Of a stretch of 64,000 bases of DNA, positions 55,928 through 64,000 are shown piece by piece. Numbering within the stretch: position 1 is the first letter of the stretch; every line of letters begins with the position of its first letter. Under the pieces are notes generated by a model. That model was not told where the DNA came from, did no database searches, and saw nothing but the letters and a program-made list of their open reading frames with translations. The stretch comes from Candidatus Obscuribacteraceae bacterium. Its GTDB lineage: Bacteria > Cyanobacteriota > Vampirovibrionia > Obscuribacterales > Obscuribacteraceae. The position numbers were made by a program, and so were the translations under genes. Location: assembly GCA_044229845.1 (NCBI GenBank), contig JBGASG010000013.1, positions 31,849 to 95,848 of the forward strand. The letters run 5' to 3'.

Positions 55928-57385
55928 CTAGATACCTTTAAATTCCCGCTGGCGAACCTTGGGTTTTTCCGCTATCTGTGAGAGTTTGACGAAGTTTGCC
56001 GGTCCCCGGGCGGCAATCGGCAGCCCGCCTGTAATAACGACACTGTCGCCGGCTTCCACCAGTTGCTTCTTCAGCAAAGTTTCTTCAACCATGGCCAGCG
56101 TGGATTCGGAATCGCTGACCTCGAGAAGCATAAGCGGCGTCACGCCCCAAATCAGGCTCATCTGGTTATAGACGTGCACATGCTGAGTAAGGGCGATCAC
56201 CGGTGTCGATGGGCGAAACTGAGAAATCAGCCGCGCAGTCGAGCCCGTTTTGGTGAAACACGCAATAGCCTTGGCTTTCATGTCGGTGGCCATATCGCAA
56301 GCAGCATGGGCAATGGCATGCGCCGAAGTGGGCGATGCATGCTCCTTCAGCTTGCGGTAATCGACACTGCTTTCGGCGGCGGTGGCGATTCGATCCATCA
56401 TTCGCACCGATTCCAGAGGGTAGGCTCCGGAGGCGCTTTCCCCCGACAGCATGACGGCATCGGTGCCGTCGAAAATGGCATTGGCGACGTCAGATGCCTC
56501 AGCGCGCGTCGGGCGAGGATTGGTGATCATCGACTCCAGCATCTGGGTGGCTGTAATCACCGGTTTGCCGCGCGCATTGGCCTTACGCGTAATCAGCTTC
56601 TGCGCCGGCGGTACCATCTCCGGCGGCAGCTCAACGCCCAGGTCGCCGCGAGCGATCATCACACCATCGGCGACATCGAGGATCTCATCGAGGTGCTCAA
56701 GCGCCTCAGGCTTCTCCAGCTTGGCAATGATCGAAACCGGCGGCCAGTGATCGCCGATCAAACTGCGCAAGTGCAGAACGTCTTCCGGATCGCGCACGAA
56801 TGAAAGAGCCACAAAATCCACGTCATGCTGCAAACCGAGGTAGAGGTCCGCTTTGTCTTTCTCTGTGATCGCGGGGATCGACAGGCGCACGCCGGGCAAG
56901 TTAATGCCCTTTTTGTTTTTCAGCAGTCCGCCGTTAACCACCTCGCAAACGACATCTGTTTCATTAGTGTCGATTACGTCCAACTCGATCAGCCCGTCAT
57001 CGAGCAAAATCGTGTCCTGAACACCCACTTCCAGAGCCAGTTTCGGGTAGTTAGTGGCGACCACCGTCGAATTGCCGTCGACTTTGCGGCTGGTCAAAGT
57101 AAATCTTTGTCCCGCATGCAACAGCACAGGGGAGCCACCAGCCATGGTGCCGGTGCGAATTTTCGGGCCTGACAGATCCAGCAGGATGGCCACCGGGCGA
57201 TCCAGCTCCACGCTCAGTTGTCGTATGTCTTCGATGACGCGAGAAACATTTGCATGTTCGGCGTGCGAGCAGTTGATGCGGGCGACATCCATGCCGGCCC
57301 GGATCAATTGTTCGATCATCGGCCGCTCGTTCGTGGCTGGTCCAATCGTGGCCACGATTTTGGTGCGTCGCGCTCGTAATGCCAT
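55928..57385 (-). CDS. pyk: Pyruvate kinase
   Basis: RTKIVATIGPA, DLSGPKIRTG, AKLEK, MIARGDLGVE, ATQMLESM..PRPTRAE..DVANA. Confidence 0.98.
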   Translation of the reverse strand: MALRARRTKIVATIGPATNERPMIEQLIRAGMDVARINCSHAEHANVSRVIEDIRQLSVELDRPVAILLDLSGPKIRTGTMAGGSPVLLHAGQRFTLTSRKVDGNSTVVATNYPKLALEVGVQDTILLDDGLIELDVIDTNETDVVCEVVNGGLLKNKKGINLPGVRLSIPAITEKDKADLYLGLQHDVDFVALSFVRDPEDVLHLRSLIGDHWPPVSIIAKLEKPEALEHLDEILDVADGVMIARGDLGVELPPEMVPPAQKLITRKANARGKPVITATQMLESMITNPRPTRAEASDVANAIFDGTDAVMLSGESASGAYPLESVRMMDRIATAAESSVDYRKLKEHASPTSAHAIAHAACDMATDMKAKAIACFTKTGSTARLISQFRPSTPVIALTQHVHVYNQMSLIWGVTPLMLLEVSDSESTLAMVEETLLKKQLVEAGDSVVITGGLPIAARGPANFVKLSQIAEKPKVRQREFKGI

Positions 57386-57406
57386 GCCTAGAGGTTTCCC
57401 TTGCCG

Positions 57407-59062
57407 TTACTTAGAAACCGCTTCGGCCTTTTCTTCGATAATGTAGGCTGACAGATCAACGTCTGGGAAGCAGTTATCGATATCCTCAATCTCACGCAAT
57501 TTTGCTTCATCGATTTTACCCGCGTCGATCATCTCGACTAGAGTTTCCCAGCGCTCTTTATGTCCATTGAATCGTTCAACGGCATATTGCTTGGCTTGCC
57601 CGGTGGTGACCAGGAACGGCCAGTCGCTGGATTGCAAAAGCAGTGTTTCGCGGATTGCTTGTTTGATCGCCCGCTTCATCAGCGGGTCACCGTTCTTGTG
57701 CTCGGTAGCTAGTTTCTCAATGGTGCGCTCGGCCTTATGAATAATCGGCCACATCCATTCAGTCTCGTTGTTGTACCAGACCTGGAAGTGTCCACCCGCT
57801 CCCCATGAAGATTCCGGCAGTTCAATCGCCTTGCTGGGCGGATGCGCTTCCAGATATTCGCTGGCGGTGCACGCCGTGACGGCGGTGTAGTGTTTGAGCT
57901 TCTTCAGTACATCCTTGATCCAGGCTATACCTTCGAACCACCAGTGCCCGAAGAGTTCGGTATCGAACGCCACCATCATCAAGCCCGGCTGTCCGGTCTG
58001 TTTGACATGATTGGTGAGCGCAGACTGAACTACACCCACGTAGTGATCCGCGTTTTCGCGGATGCGTTCCATGGCTGCTTCCGGGTTGTACAACTCTTTA
58101 AAACCGAGATCGGTTCTTTGCGATGTCAGCTTCCAGTAGTGCAGTCCGGAGACATCGTCTTTTTTGTGAAACTCACGGTAATTGCCGTCGCCCGGGTAAC
58201 CCTGGTCGGCTGACCAGACCTGATAGCCGGCTTCCTCGTCGCGTCCCATGACGGCCACTTCGTGGTCTTTGAGCCAGTAGGCTTCGGTAGTATCCAGCCC
58301 GGTCTCGCGACGCTTGGCGGCCGGAATGTATTCGATGGTGCGATAAGCTCCGAAGACGCGGCGCATCTCGACCGACGTGCCGCCTTTGATTTGATGCGAC
58401 TCGACGAAGAAATATTTGATGCCGTTATCGTGCAGCCACTTCTCGACACCTTCGCGCTCGCGATTGGCAGGACGGTAGGCGCACTCAGGAAGCCAGGCTC
58501 CGCGGGGAGCGCGGCCGAAATACTTTTTGTAGGTGTCGACGCCAATCTTGTACTGGGCGTTCAAGGAAGAATCGGTTGCCAGAAGTGGCGAAAAACAGTG
58601 GGTAGCCGATGAAGTCGTCAGCTCAATCGCGCCGAGGTCCTGATACTTCTTGAAACCGGCCAGCAGATCCTTGTTCCAGGTTTTCACGAAGTCGTCGCGA
58701 GTTTTCTGGAACCAGTTGAGATAAAAGCGAGCCAGATGCAGCTTGTTGAGGTCGGGCGTCTCGCCCCGCGGCTGAAATCGCTCTTCATCGGCGCGAGCGG
58801 CGTCGATGCGCGCGTCCATGTATTTGAGGAAACCCTGCTTCAAATGTTCGTCATTCATCTGCTCCGCCAGAACTGGCGTGATGCCGATGGTTATGTGAGC
58901 GGGCAATCCTTCGTCCCAGAGCTCGGCAACCATATTGAGCAGCGGGATGTACGTCTCCGCCATGCACTCATAGAAACTCTCTTCCCCGAATGGCCACATG
59001 CCCGCTTTGCGGTAGAAGGGAAGATGGCTATGAAGCATTAAGACGAAAGAACCAACAGTCAC
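57407..59062 (-). CDS. GH57 1,4-alpha-glucan branching enzyme (DUF1957)
   Basis: LHSHLP, ETYIPLL, WLPECAY, FDTELFGHWWFEG, QSSDWPF. Confidence 0.92.
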   Translation of the reverse strand: MTVGSFVLMLHSHLPFYRKAGMWPFGEESFYECMAETYIPLLNMVAELWDEGLPAHITIGITPVLAEQMNDEHLKQGFLKYMDARIDAARADEERFQPRGETPDLNKLHLARFYLNWFQKTRDDFVKTWNKDLLAGFKKYQDLGAIELTTSSATHCFSPLLATDSSLNAQYKIGVDTYKKYFGRAPRGAWLPECAYRPANREREGVEKWLHDNGIKYFFVESHQIKGGTSVEMRRVFGAYRTIEYIPAAKRRETGLDTTEAYWLKDHEVAVMGRDEEAGYQVWSADQGYPGDGNYREFHKKDDVSGLHYWKLTSQRTDLGFKELYNPEAAMERIRENADHYVGVVQSALTNHVKQTGQPGLMMVAFDTELFGHWWFEGIAWIKDVLKKLKHYTAVTACTASEYLEAHPPSKAIELPESSWGAGGHFQVWYNNETEWMWPIIHKAERTIEKLATEHKNGDPLMKRAIKQAIRETLLLQSSDWPFLVTTGQAKQYAVERFNGHKERWETLVEMIDAGKIDEAKLREIEDIDNCFPDVDLSAYIIEEKAEAVSK

Positions 59063-59292
59063 TTTTTGACGACCCGCACTTTAACTTGAGTCTGAGTTTT
59101 TGGGCTATAGTAGTTTCGGTATCACAGCCGCCGTTTACTAACAGCGAAATATGGCTGCACTCAACAGTACTGCCAGGCTCTACGTGATCACAGAACGTTG
59201 AGGAATATATCAATTGGAGATTGCTTTGCCTATATGGGCAAGCGAAAACCGTAACTATTCTTCAGGACGGCATTTCCAGCCGCGAAAGCAAG

Positions 59293-59646
59293 ATGTCAGA
59301 CATGTCAGAGCAAGATAAGGCACAACAGAACAATCCGACCGCCGAATCGGACGAGGTTGCCAAGGACGGCGTCTCCGCGGATGCGGGCGCCGACTCTGCA
59401 GGCGCACGCAAAGAAAAGGTCGCTAAAAAGAAGGAAGAAAACCGGGTCATCAGACTACTTGAAAAGAACCCGCTTGGAATGACCCTGCCTGAGATGGCAG
59501 GCGGTCCACGTCAGTTGAAGAAAATCAAACTGTTGCGTCCGATGCTGGCTGAAGCGATTCGCGCGGGACAAGTGATGCCAATCAGCCAGCGGGCTGGCAA
59601 TACTGTCTATCGCCTGGTCAAGTACATGCGGACTCGAAGCATCTAG
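59293..59646 (+). CDS. Hypothetical protein with acidic N-terminus and basic, possibly wHTH C-terminus
   Basis: VIRLLEKNPLGMTLPEMA...VYRL; start uncertain. Confidence 0.55.
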   Translation: MSDMSEQDKAQQNNPTAESDEVAKDGVSADAGADSAGARKEKVAKKKEENRVIRLLEKNPLGMTLPEMAGGPRQLKKIKLLRPMLAEAIRAGQVMPISQRAGNTVYRLVKYMRTRSI

Positions 59647-59966
59647 TTCTGCGTCTGCTTCTCCGGCACCAGGAAAGGATTTATATGTTGCAGCAATCGC
59701 TGCACATCACCGCGGATGAGCACAGCCTTATGTCGCGACGTGTGTCCGCGTACAACCTCCACCTGTGATTTGCTGACCTGAAAGCACCGAGACAGAAATG
59801 CGCACAATTCTTCATTGGCGGCGCCGTCTTGTGGCTTGGCGGCGATGCGCACCAGCAGTTCGTCGCCACGCACCCCGCCCAGCGCCGACCGGGCAGCACC
59901 AGGCTGCGCATGAACCTTGAGCGAGATTCCCTCTGTGAGTTGCTTCACAACCGCATCTGCTGGCAC
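59643..59966 (-). CDS. DUF167/YggU family protein
   Basis: VHAQPGA, DGAANEEL..LS, VRGHTSRHK. Confidence 0.88.
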   Translation of the reverse strand: MPADAVVKQLTEGISLKVHAQPGAARSALGGVRGDELLVRIAAKPQDGAANEELCAFLSRCFQVSKSQVEVVRGHTSRHKAVLIRGDVQRLLQHINPFLVPEKQTQN

Positions 59967-60007
59967 TGTTAGAATAGACCCCGGAGAAAGACTATGAGGA
60001 AAACGTC

Positions 60008-60880
60008 GTGACTGTCAGAATCGGAAGCATCGAAGTGGGCGCCCGCCAGCCGATGCTCATTATTGCAGGACCCTGCGTCATCGAGTCGTGGGAGACGATT
60101 TATAACACCGCTCGCGCACTTAAAGATCTTTCTGTCGAGCTGGGCTTTTCCTATGTATTCAAAGCATCGTTCGACAAAGCCAACCGCACATCTTTCGACA
60201 GCTTTCGCGGTCCCGGACTGCAGAAGGGGCTGGAGATGTTGCAAGACATCAAGAAACAGCTGAATCTGCCTGTATTGAGTGACATTCACGAAGAGTCGCA
60301 GTGCGCCGCCGCCGGCGAGGTCCTCGATATCCTGCAGATTCCCGCGCTTTCTCTGCCGGCAGACCGATCTGGTGGTGGCGGCAGCCAAAACAGGCAAAGC
60401 CGTCAACATAAAGAAGGTCAGTTTGTGGCTCCGCTGGACATTTTGCACAGCGTCCGCAAAGTCACGGAATCAGGCAATCCCAACGTGCTGGTTACCGAGC
60501 GCGGCACCACATTTGGTTACAATAATCTGGTCGTTGACTTCAGATCCATACCAATGATCCAGTCAGCCGGTTATCCATTGATCTTCGACGCCACACACAG
60601 CGTCCAGTTGCCCAGTGCCGCCGGCGGCGTCTACAGCGGTCAGCGCCAGTACATTCCCGAACTGTCGAAAGCAGCGGTCGCTGCCGGCTGCCAGGGACTG
60701 TTCATGGAAGTGCATCCCAATCCGGACGAAGCAAAAAGTGATGCGGCCACACAGATTCCTCTGTCGCATGCTCGCGATCTTCTCACCCAGTTGTTGAAGA
60801 TTCACCGGCTGGTGCAAGAGTTTCCCGCCATCAACTTGCCGGAGAAAGGAAAGTGCGGACAGCCGGTCCTCGCACAGTAA
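60008..60880 (+). CDS. kdsA: KDO-8-phosphate synthase (contains a compensated internal frameshift)
   Basis: IAGPCVIES, KASFDKANRTS, ERG..FGYNNLVVD, FDATHSVQ, EVHPNP..A.SDA. Confidence 0.93.
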   Translation: MTVRIGSIEVGARQPMLIIAGPCVIESWETIYNTARALKDLSVELGFSYVFKASFDKANRTSFDSFRGPGLQKGLEMLQDIKKQLNLPVLSDIHEESQCAAAGEVLDILQIPALSLPADRSGGGGSQNRQSRQHKEGQFVAPLDILHSVRKVTESGNPNVLVTERGTTFGYNNLVVDFRSIPMIQSAGYPLIFDATHSVQLPSAAGGVYSGQRQYIPELSKAAVAAGCQGLFMEVHPNPDEAKSDAATQIPLSHARDLLTQLLKIHRLVQEFPAINLPEKGKCGQPVLAQ

Positions 60881-63243
60881 GCACTAAGTTTCTAATTTCG
60901 CTCGCCCTCATCTCGTTTAACGCGGCCGGCGGCTCTGCTTTGGCGCAACCAACCGCTGCCGGCGAATCAGCCCGTTCACCCAGCGCCGTTTCGGAAGATC
61001 TGACCCTGGAAGATCTTTTGGCTAAGGTCTTTCTGGCTTATGGTGGCAAGGAATCCCTGGATAAACTCGACAAGCAGCACACATTTGTCGGGCAGCAGGT
61101 CACCCTGAATGAAGCAGACGGGCAGCCCGTAGAGAGCAGTAAGTCGCCGTTTCGCCAGGTGCGGCGCGGCTCCAGTCTGCGCATCGATGTAGAGACCAAC
61201 GGCGAACCGAGCGCCACCGTATATGATGGCGTTTCCGGCTGGAAGGCATCGGGCAAAATCGTCTCGGAACTGTCACCGGAAATGACGCGCATTCTGGCCA
61301 AACAGCGCAGTCGAGAGCCCTGGGTCTTCTCGCATGCCGAAGATCCGCTCTTCAAGTTCAAGCTGGCCGGTCGCACTACCTATCGAGCCACGCCGGTCTG
61401 GGGAGTAGAAGTGGACGACGGCAGCGTCACCACCACCTTTTATATAGATCAGCGCAATTTCCAGATCATCGGTTCATCCTATACGACGCCCGATCCGGAG
61501 ACCAAGGCGCCCGTCAAAGTGGCTACCGACTTCCAGGAGTACCGCCCGTCCGCCGGCACCCTGGTGCCCTTCAGACAAGTGCAGTATGTCAACGACAAAC
61601 CGGTTTTCGAAATTGCCTTCTCCAGCGTCGACGCGACTAAAGAGCCTGACGAATCCGTGTTTCGTCGCCCCGATCGCCCGGATGAGATTGTTCTGGAAAA
61701 ATCAGTGACCATGCCGTTTTCTTATTCGCACAAAGCGGTACTGATCCCGGTGCGCATCAATCACGGCGACAACCTGGACTTCTTGCTGGACACCGGTGCC
61801 AGCCAGACAATCATCGATCGGCGAGTGGCCGCCGAATACCTTCTCGATCGCCAGGGCAACTATTCGATCGGCACCGCTAATGGTGCCGTTGTAACAGAGA
61901 AGAGCGTGATCAAAAAACTGGAGATCGGTCAGGTTTCTCTCAATGACGTGCAAATTCTCATGCTCGACCTGACACCGCAGTCCCGACAATTAGGCCAGCG
62001 GGTCGCGGGAATCATCGGCAGCAACGTTCTCAGTCTTTTCGCCGTCGAAATCAACTATCCCAAATCGACTCTAACGCTGCACGATGCCTCCAGCTACAAG
62101 CCGCCGACCGGCAGCATCACCGTCCCGTTCTCACAGAAACAAGGCCCGGTGGTGCACGCGACGCTGGGGACCAACAATCAATTAGATCTGCTCGTCGACA
62201 CCGGGGCGCCGCATTCAACAATCTACCCAGCAAGTTCGCCAAGCGTTTCGCCGCCATGCAAACTCCGCACACCATTGAGGAACGGGATTGGACGGACGCC
62301 CGTCAAACTGGGAACGGTAGTCGTGGACACAGTCAAGCTGGGATCGCAAATTGTCCGCAAGGTGCCTTTTACGTTCTCCGTCGATCAAGATGGCGAGCGC
62401 ACCGAGCGACGCGGTTTCTTTCAATCTGCGGATCTGGGAATCCTCGGCAATCCTTTTTGGCAGAACTTTGTGGTCACTCTCGATTACAAATTTCAGCGTC
62501 TGGTGTTGCGCTCCAGTCAGGCTTTCACAGCCAGCCAGGAGATCGATCAGTGGATCGGACAGGCCGACGAAAAACTGGTGATTCACAGGGATTTGCGCAC
62601 ATCGGAGGCGCTGTATCAAAAAGCTCTGATGCGAGCGGAAACCATCGGCGATGCCAAACTGCAGGCGCGTGTCTGGGGACGCCTCGGCAACGTGCGCCGC
62701 ATCATGGCTAAAGATCTCAATCGGCCTGAACAAGCACACGTCGCGTACGAATATTTCTCCAAGGCGCAATCGCTCGCGCACAAGCTGGGCGATCGCGAAG
62801 GCGAGGGACGTATCCTGGGCGACTGGAGTTTGCTCTATATGGATAACAACCAGCTGCCGGCGGCTCGCCAGGCCCTGGATGGAGCCATTTTGTTCGCTCC
62901 ACAAGACCCACAGAGCAATGTCAACTTCGCCGTGTACCTGTACAAGATGCGCGCCTACGCAGATATGAATCGCTACATAGACCGGGCGCTGTTCCTCGAT
63001 CCATCAAACTGGCAAGCACTCTGGTACAAGGTGAAGCTGGCCGAGATGTTCAACGACCAGCTGCAGCTGAAGACCGCGCTCAAAGAGATTTTGCGTTTCT
63101 ACCCCTGGTCATCCGTCGCCAAGGAGAAGATGACGCAACTGGCACAGCCGCTGCCGCCCGGTGCGCCGGGCGCGGGCGGAACGCCTCCGCCGGGTGGTGC
63201 CGGCATGCAAACTAACACTTCGCCTCCAGGGGTGGTGCCCTGA
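60853..63243 (+). CDS. Secreted protein with two retropepsin-like aspartyl protease domains and C-terminal TPRs
   Basis: Signal peptide; FLLDTGAS..GIIG and LLVDTGA..GILG; TPR tail; local frameshifted patch at ~62200-62305. Confidence 0.85.
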   Translation: MRTAGPRTVSTKFLISLALISFNAAGGSALAQPTAAGESARSPSAVSEDLTLEDLLAKVFLAYGGKESLDKLDKQHTFVGQQVTLNEADGQPVESSKSPFRQVRRGSSLRIDVETNGEPSATVYDGVSGWKASGKIVSELSPEMTRILAKQRSREPWVFSHAEDPLFKFKLAGRTTYRATPVWGVEVDDGSVTTTFYIDQRNFQIIGSSYTTPDPETKAPVKVATDFQEYRPSAGTLVPFRQVQYVNDKPVFEIAFSSVDATKEPDESVFRRPDRPDEIVLEKSVTMPFSYSHKAVLIPVRINHGDNLDFLLDTGASQTIIDRRVAAEYLLDRQGNYSIGTANGAVVTEKSVIKKLEIGQVSLNDVQILMLDLTPQSRQLGQRVAGIIGSNVLSLFAVEINYPKSTLTLHDASSYKPPTGSITVPFSQKQGPVVHATLGTNNQLDLLVDTGAPHSTIYPASSPSVSPPCKLRTPLRNGIGRTPVKLGTVVVDTVKLGSQIVRKVPFTFSVDQDGERTERRGFFQSADLGILGNPFWQNFVVTLDYKFQRLVLRSSQAFTASQEIDQWIGQADEKLVIHRDLRTSEALYQKALMRAETIGDAKLQARVWGRLGNVRRIMAKDLNRPEQAHVAYEYFSKAQSLAHKLGDREGEGRILGDWSLLYMDNNQLPAARQALDGAILFAPQDPQSNVNFAVYLYKMRAYADMNRYIDRALFLDPSNWQALWYKVKLAEMFNDQLQLKTALKEILRFYPWSSVAKEKMTQLAQPLPPGAPGAGGTPPPGGAGMQTNTSPPGVVP

Positions 63244-63258
63244 TTCAGCCGACCCTTC

Positions 63259-63925
63259 TTAAGGATGGTCAGGCTCTGCTCCAGCGGTGGCACCATGGGC
63301 GGGCGTGTTCGGCTCAGACTCAGTACTCTTGCCTACACCCTTGCCGGCACGTTCGCGGACAGCGCCGGACAGCTTGGTGAATTTCTGTCCGAAGTAGTAT
63401 TTGCGCATTTCTTTGTACGCTTCATCGTAGCTGTAGTTGTCCTCTGTGACGCGCCAGATACCGATCATGCAGCCGGTGCGGTCCGAACCATGCGCGCAAT
63501 GCACGAGCACGGCGCCCTTGTTTTTGTCGCGGGCTTCACGAATTGCCTTCATCATGGTCTCCACCTGCTTTTTCGTTGGCGGTTCGGCGCTCATCGGCAG
63601 GTTGATGTATGTAATTCCCAGCTGTTTTTGCCCCAGGCTTTTCCGCATCAGTCCATTTTCTTGGCGGCGCGCCAGGTCGACAATCGTGTTGATGTGGTAT
63701 TTATCGTCAGGCTGTCTTCAATCCAGCCTCGGTCGGCTCACCGCTACGGTAAAGGAAGGGGTGCACTTCATGGAAGTTCGGCAGGTCTTCGATTTTGGCC
63801 AGCACTCGCCCGGAGCTGGAGCGCAAGACCGGCTTCTCGGCGGTCTCAGCCATGGCGGGCAACAGCGTCAAAGAAGCGCTCAGGGCAAGAAACGTGGCGG
63901 CCGTTCGCGGCTGAAATCTTTGCAT
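63259..63925 (-). pseudogene. Secreted tyrosine/dual-specificity phosphatase split by indels (probably sequencing errors)
   Basis: Upstream ORF: signal peptide, NFHEV..LYRSGEP; downstream ORF: VHCAHGSDRTG (CX5R); INTIVDL lies off-frame between them. Confidence 0.75.
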
Positions 63926-64000
63926 ACGGGCACTGTAGAGGAACCTCCGGTTTACCTGGGCGTCGACCTGATTAGTCTCAGTCGCACATTATAAGGAATG

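Overview
Bacterial chromosomal window with mostly housekeeping genes. Cyanobacteria-like genes (SufR, RRM Rbp, SLH porin-type N-terminus, plsX-fabH-fabD, GatD), no photosynthesis genes, and an expansion of Ser/Thr kinase and TPR proteins suggest a non-photosynthetic Cyanobacteriota relative (Vampirovibrionia/Obscuribacterales); this is an inference. Contents: yceD-rpmF-plsX-fabH-fabD, rbp plus delta-9 desaturase, an ECF sigma factor, two-component genes, SulP/USP, tRNA-Gln plus rplY, recN, mrp, four Hanks-type kinases, a sufR/sufCBD-Rieske-sufSU cluster with a detached sufT, pyk, a GH57 branching enzyme, kdsA, a double aspartyl protease and a tyrosine phosphatase. The most unusual element is an array of six 26-bp palindromic repeats (47335-47658, period 57-62 bp, related linkers, no cas genes). 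It lies directly upstream of an orphan DUF6088/AbiEi-like wHTH gene, inside a ~3.9-kb block separating sufU from sufT. Other oddities are a histidine kinase fused through a signal-peptide-like segment to a TPR protein, a barrel-less SLH protein, a tandem pair of unrecognised secreted paralogues, and a hairpin cluster upstream of the ECF sigma gene. Clustered indels after ~60.3 kb (kdsA, protease, phosphatase) look like sequencing or assembly errors, so single-base structure in this window should be read with caution. All family assignments come from motif recognition by eye; no database searches were run.
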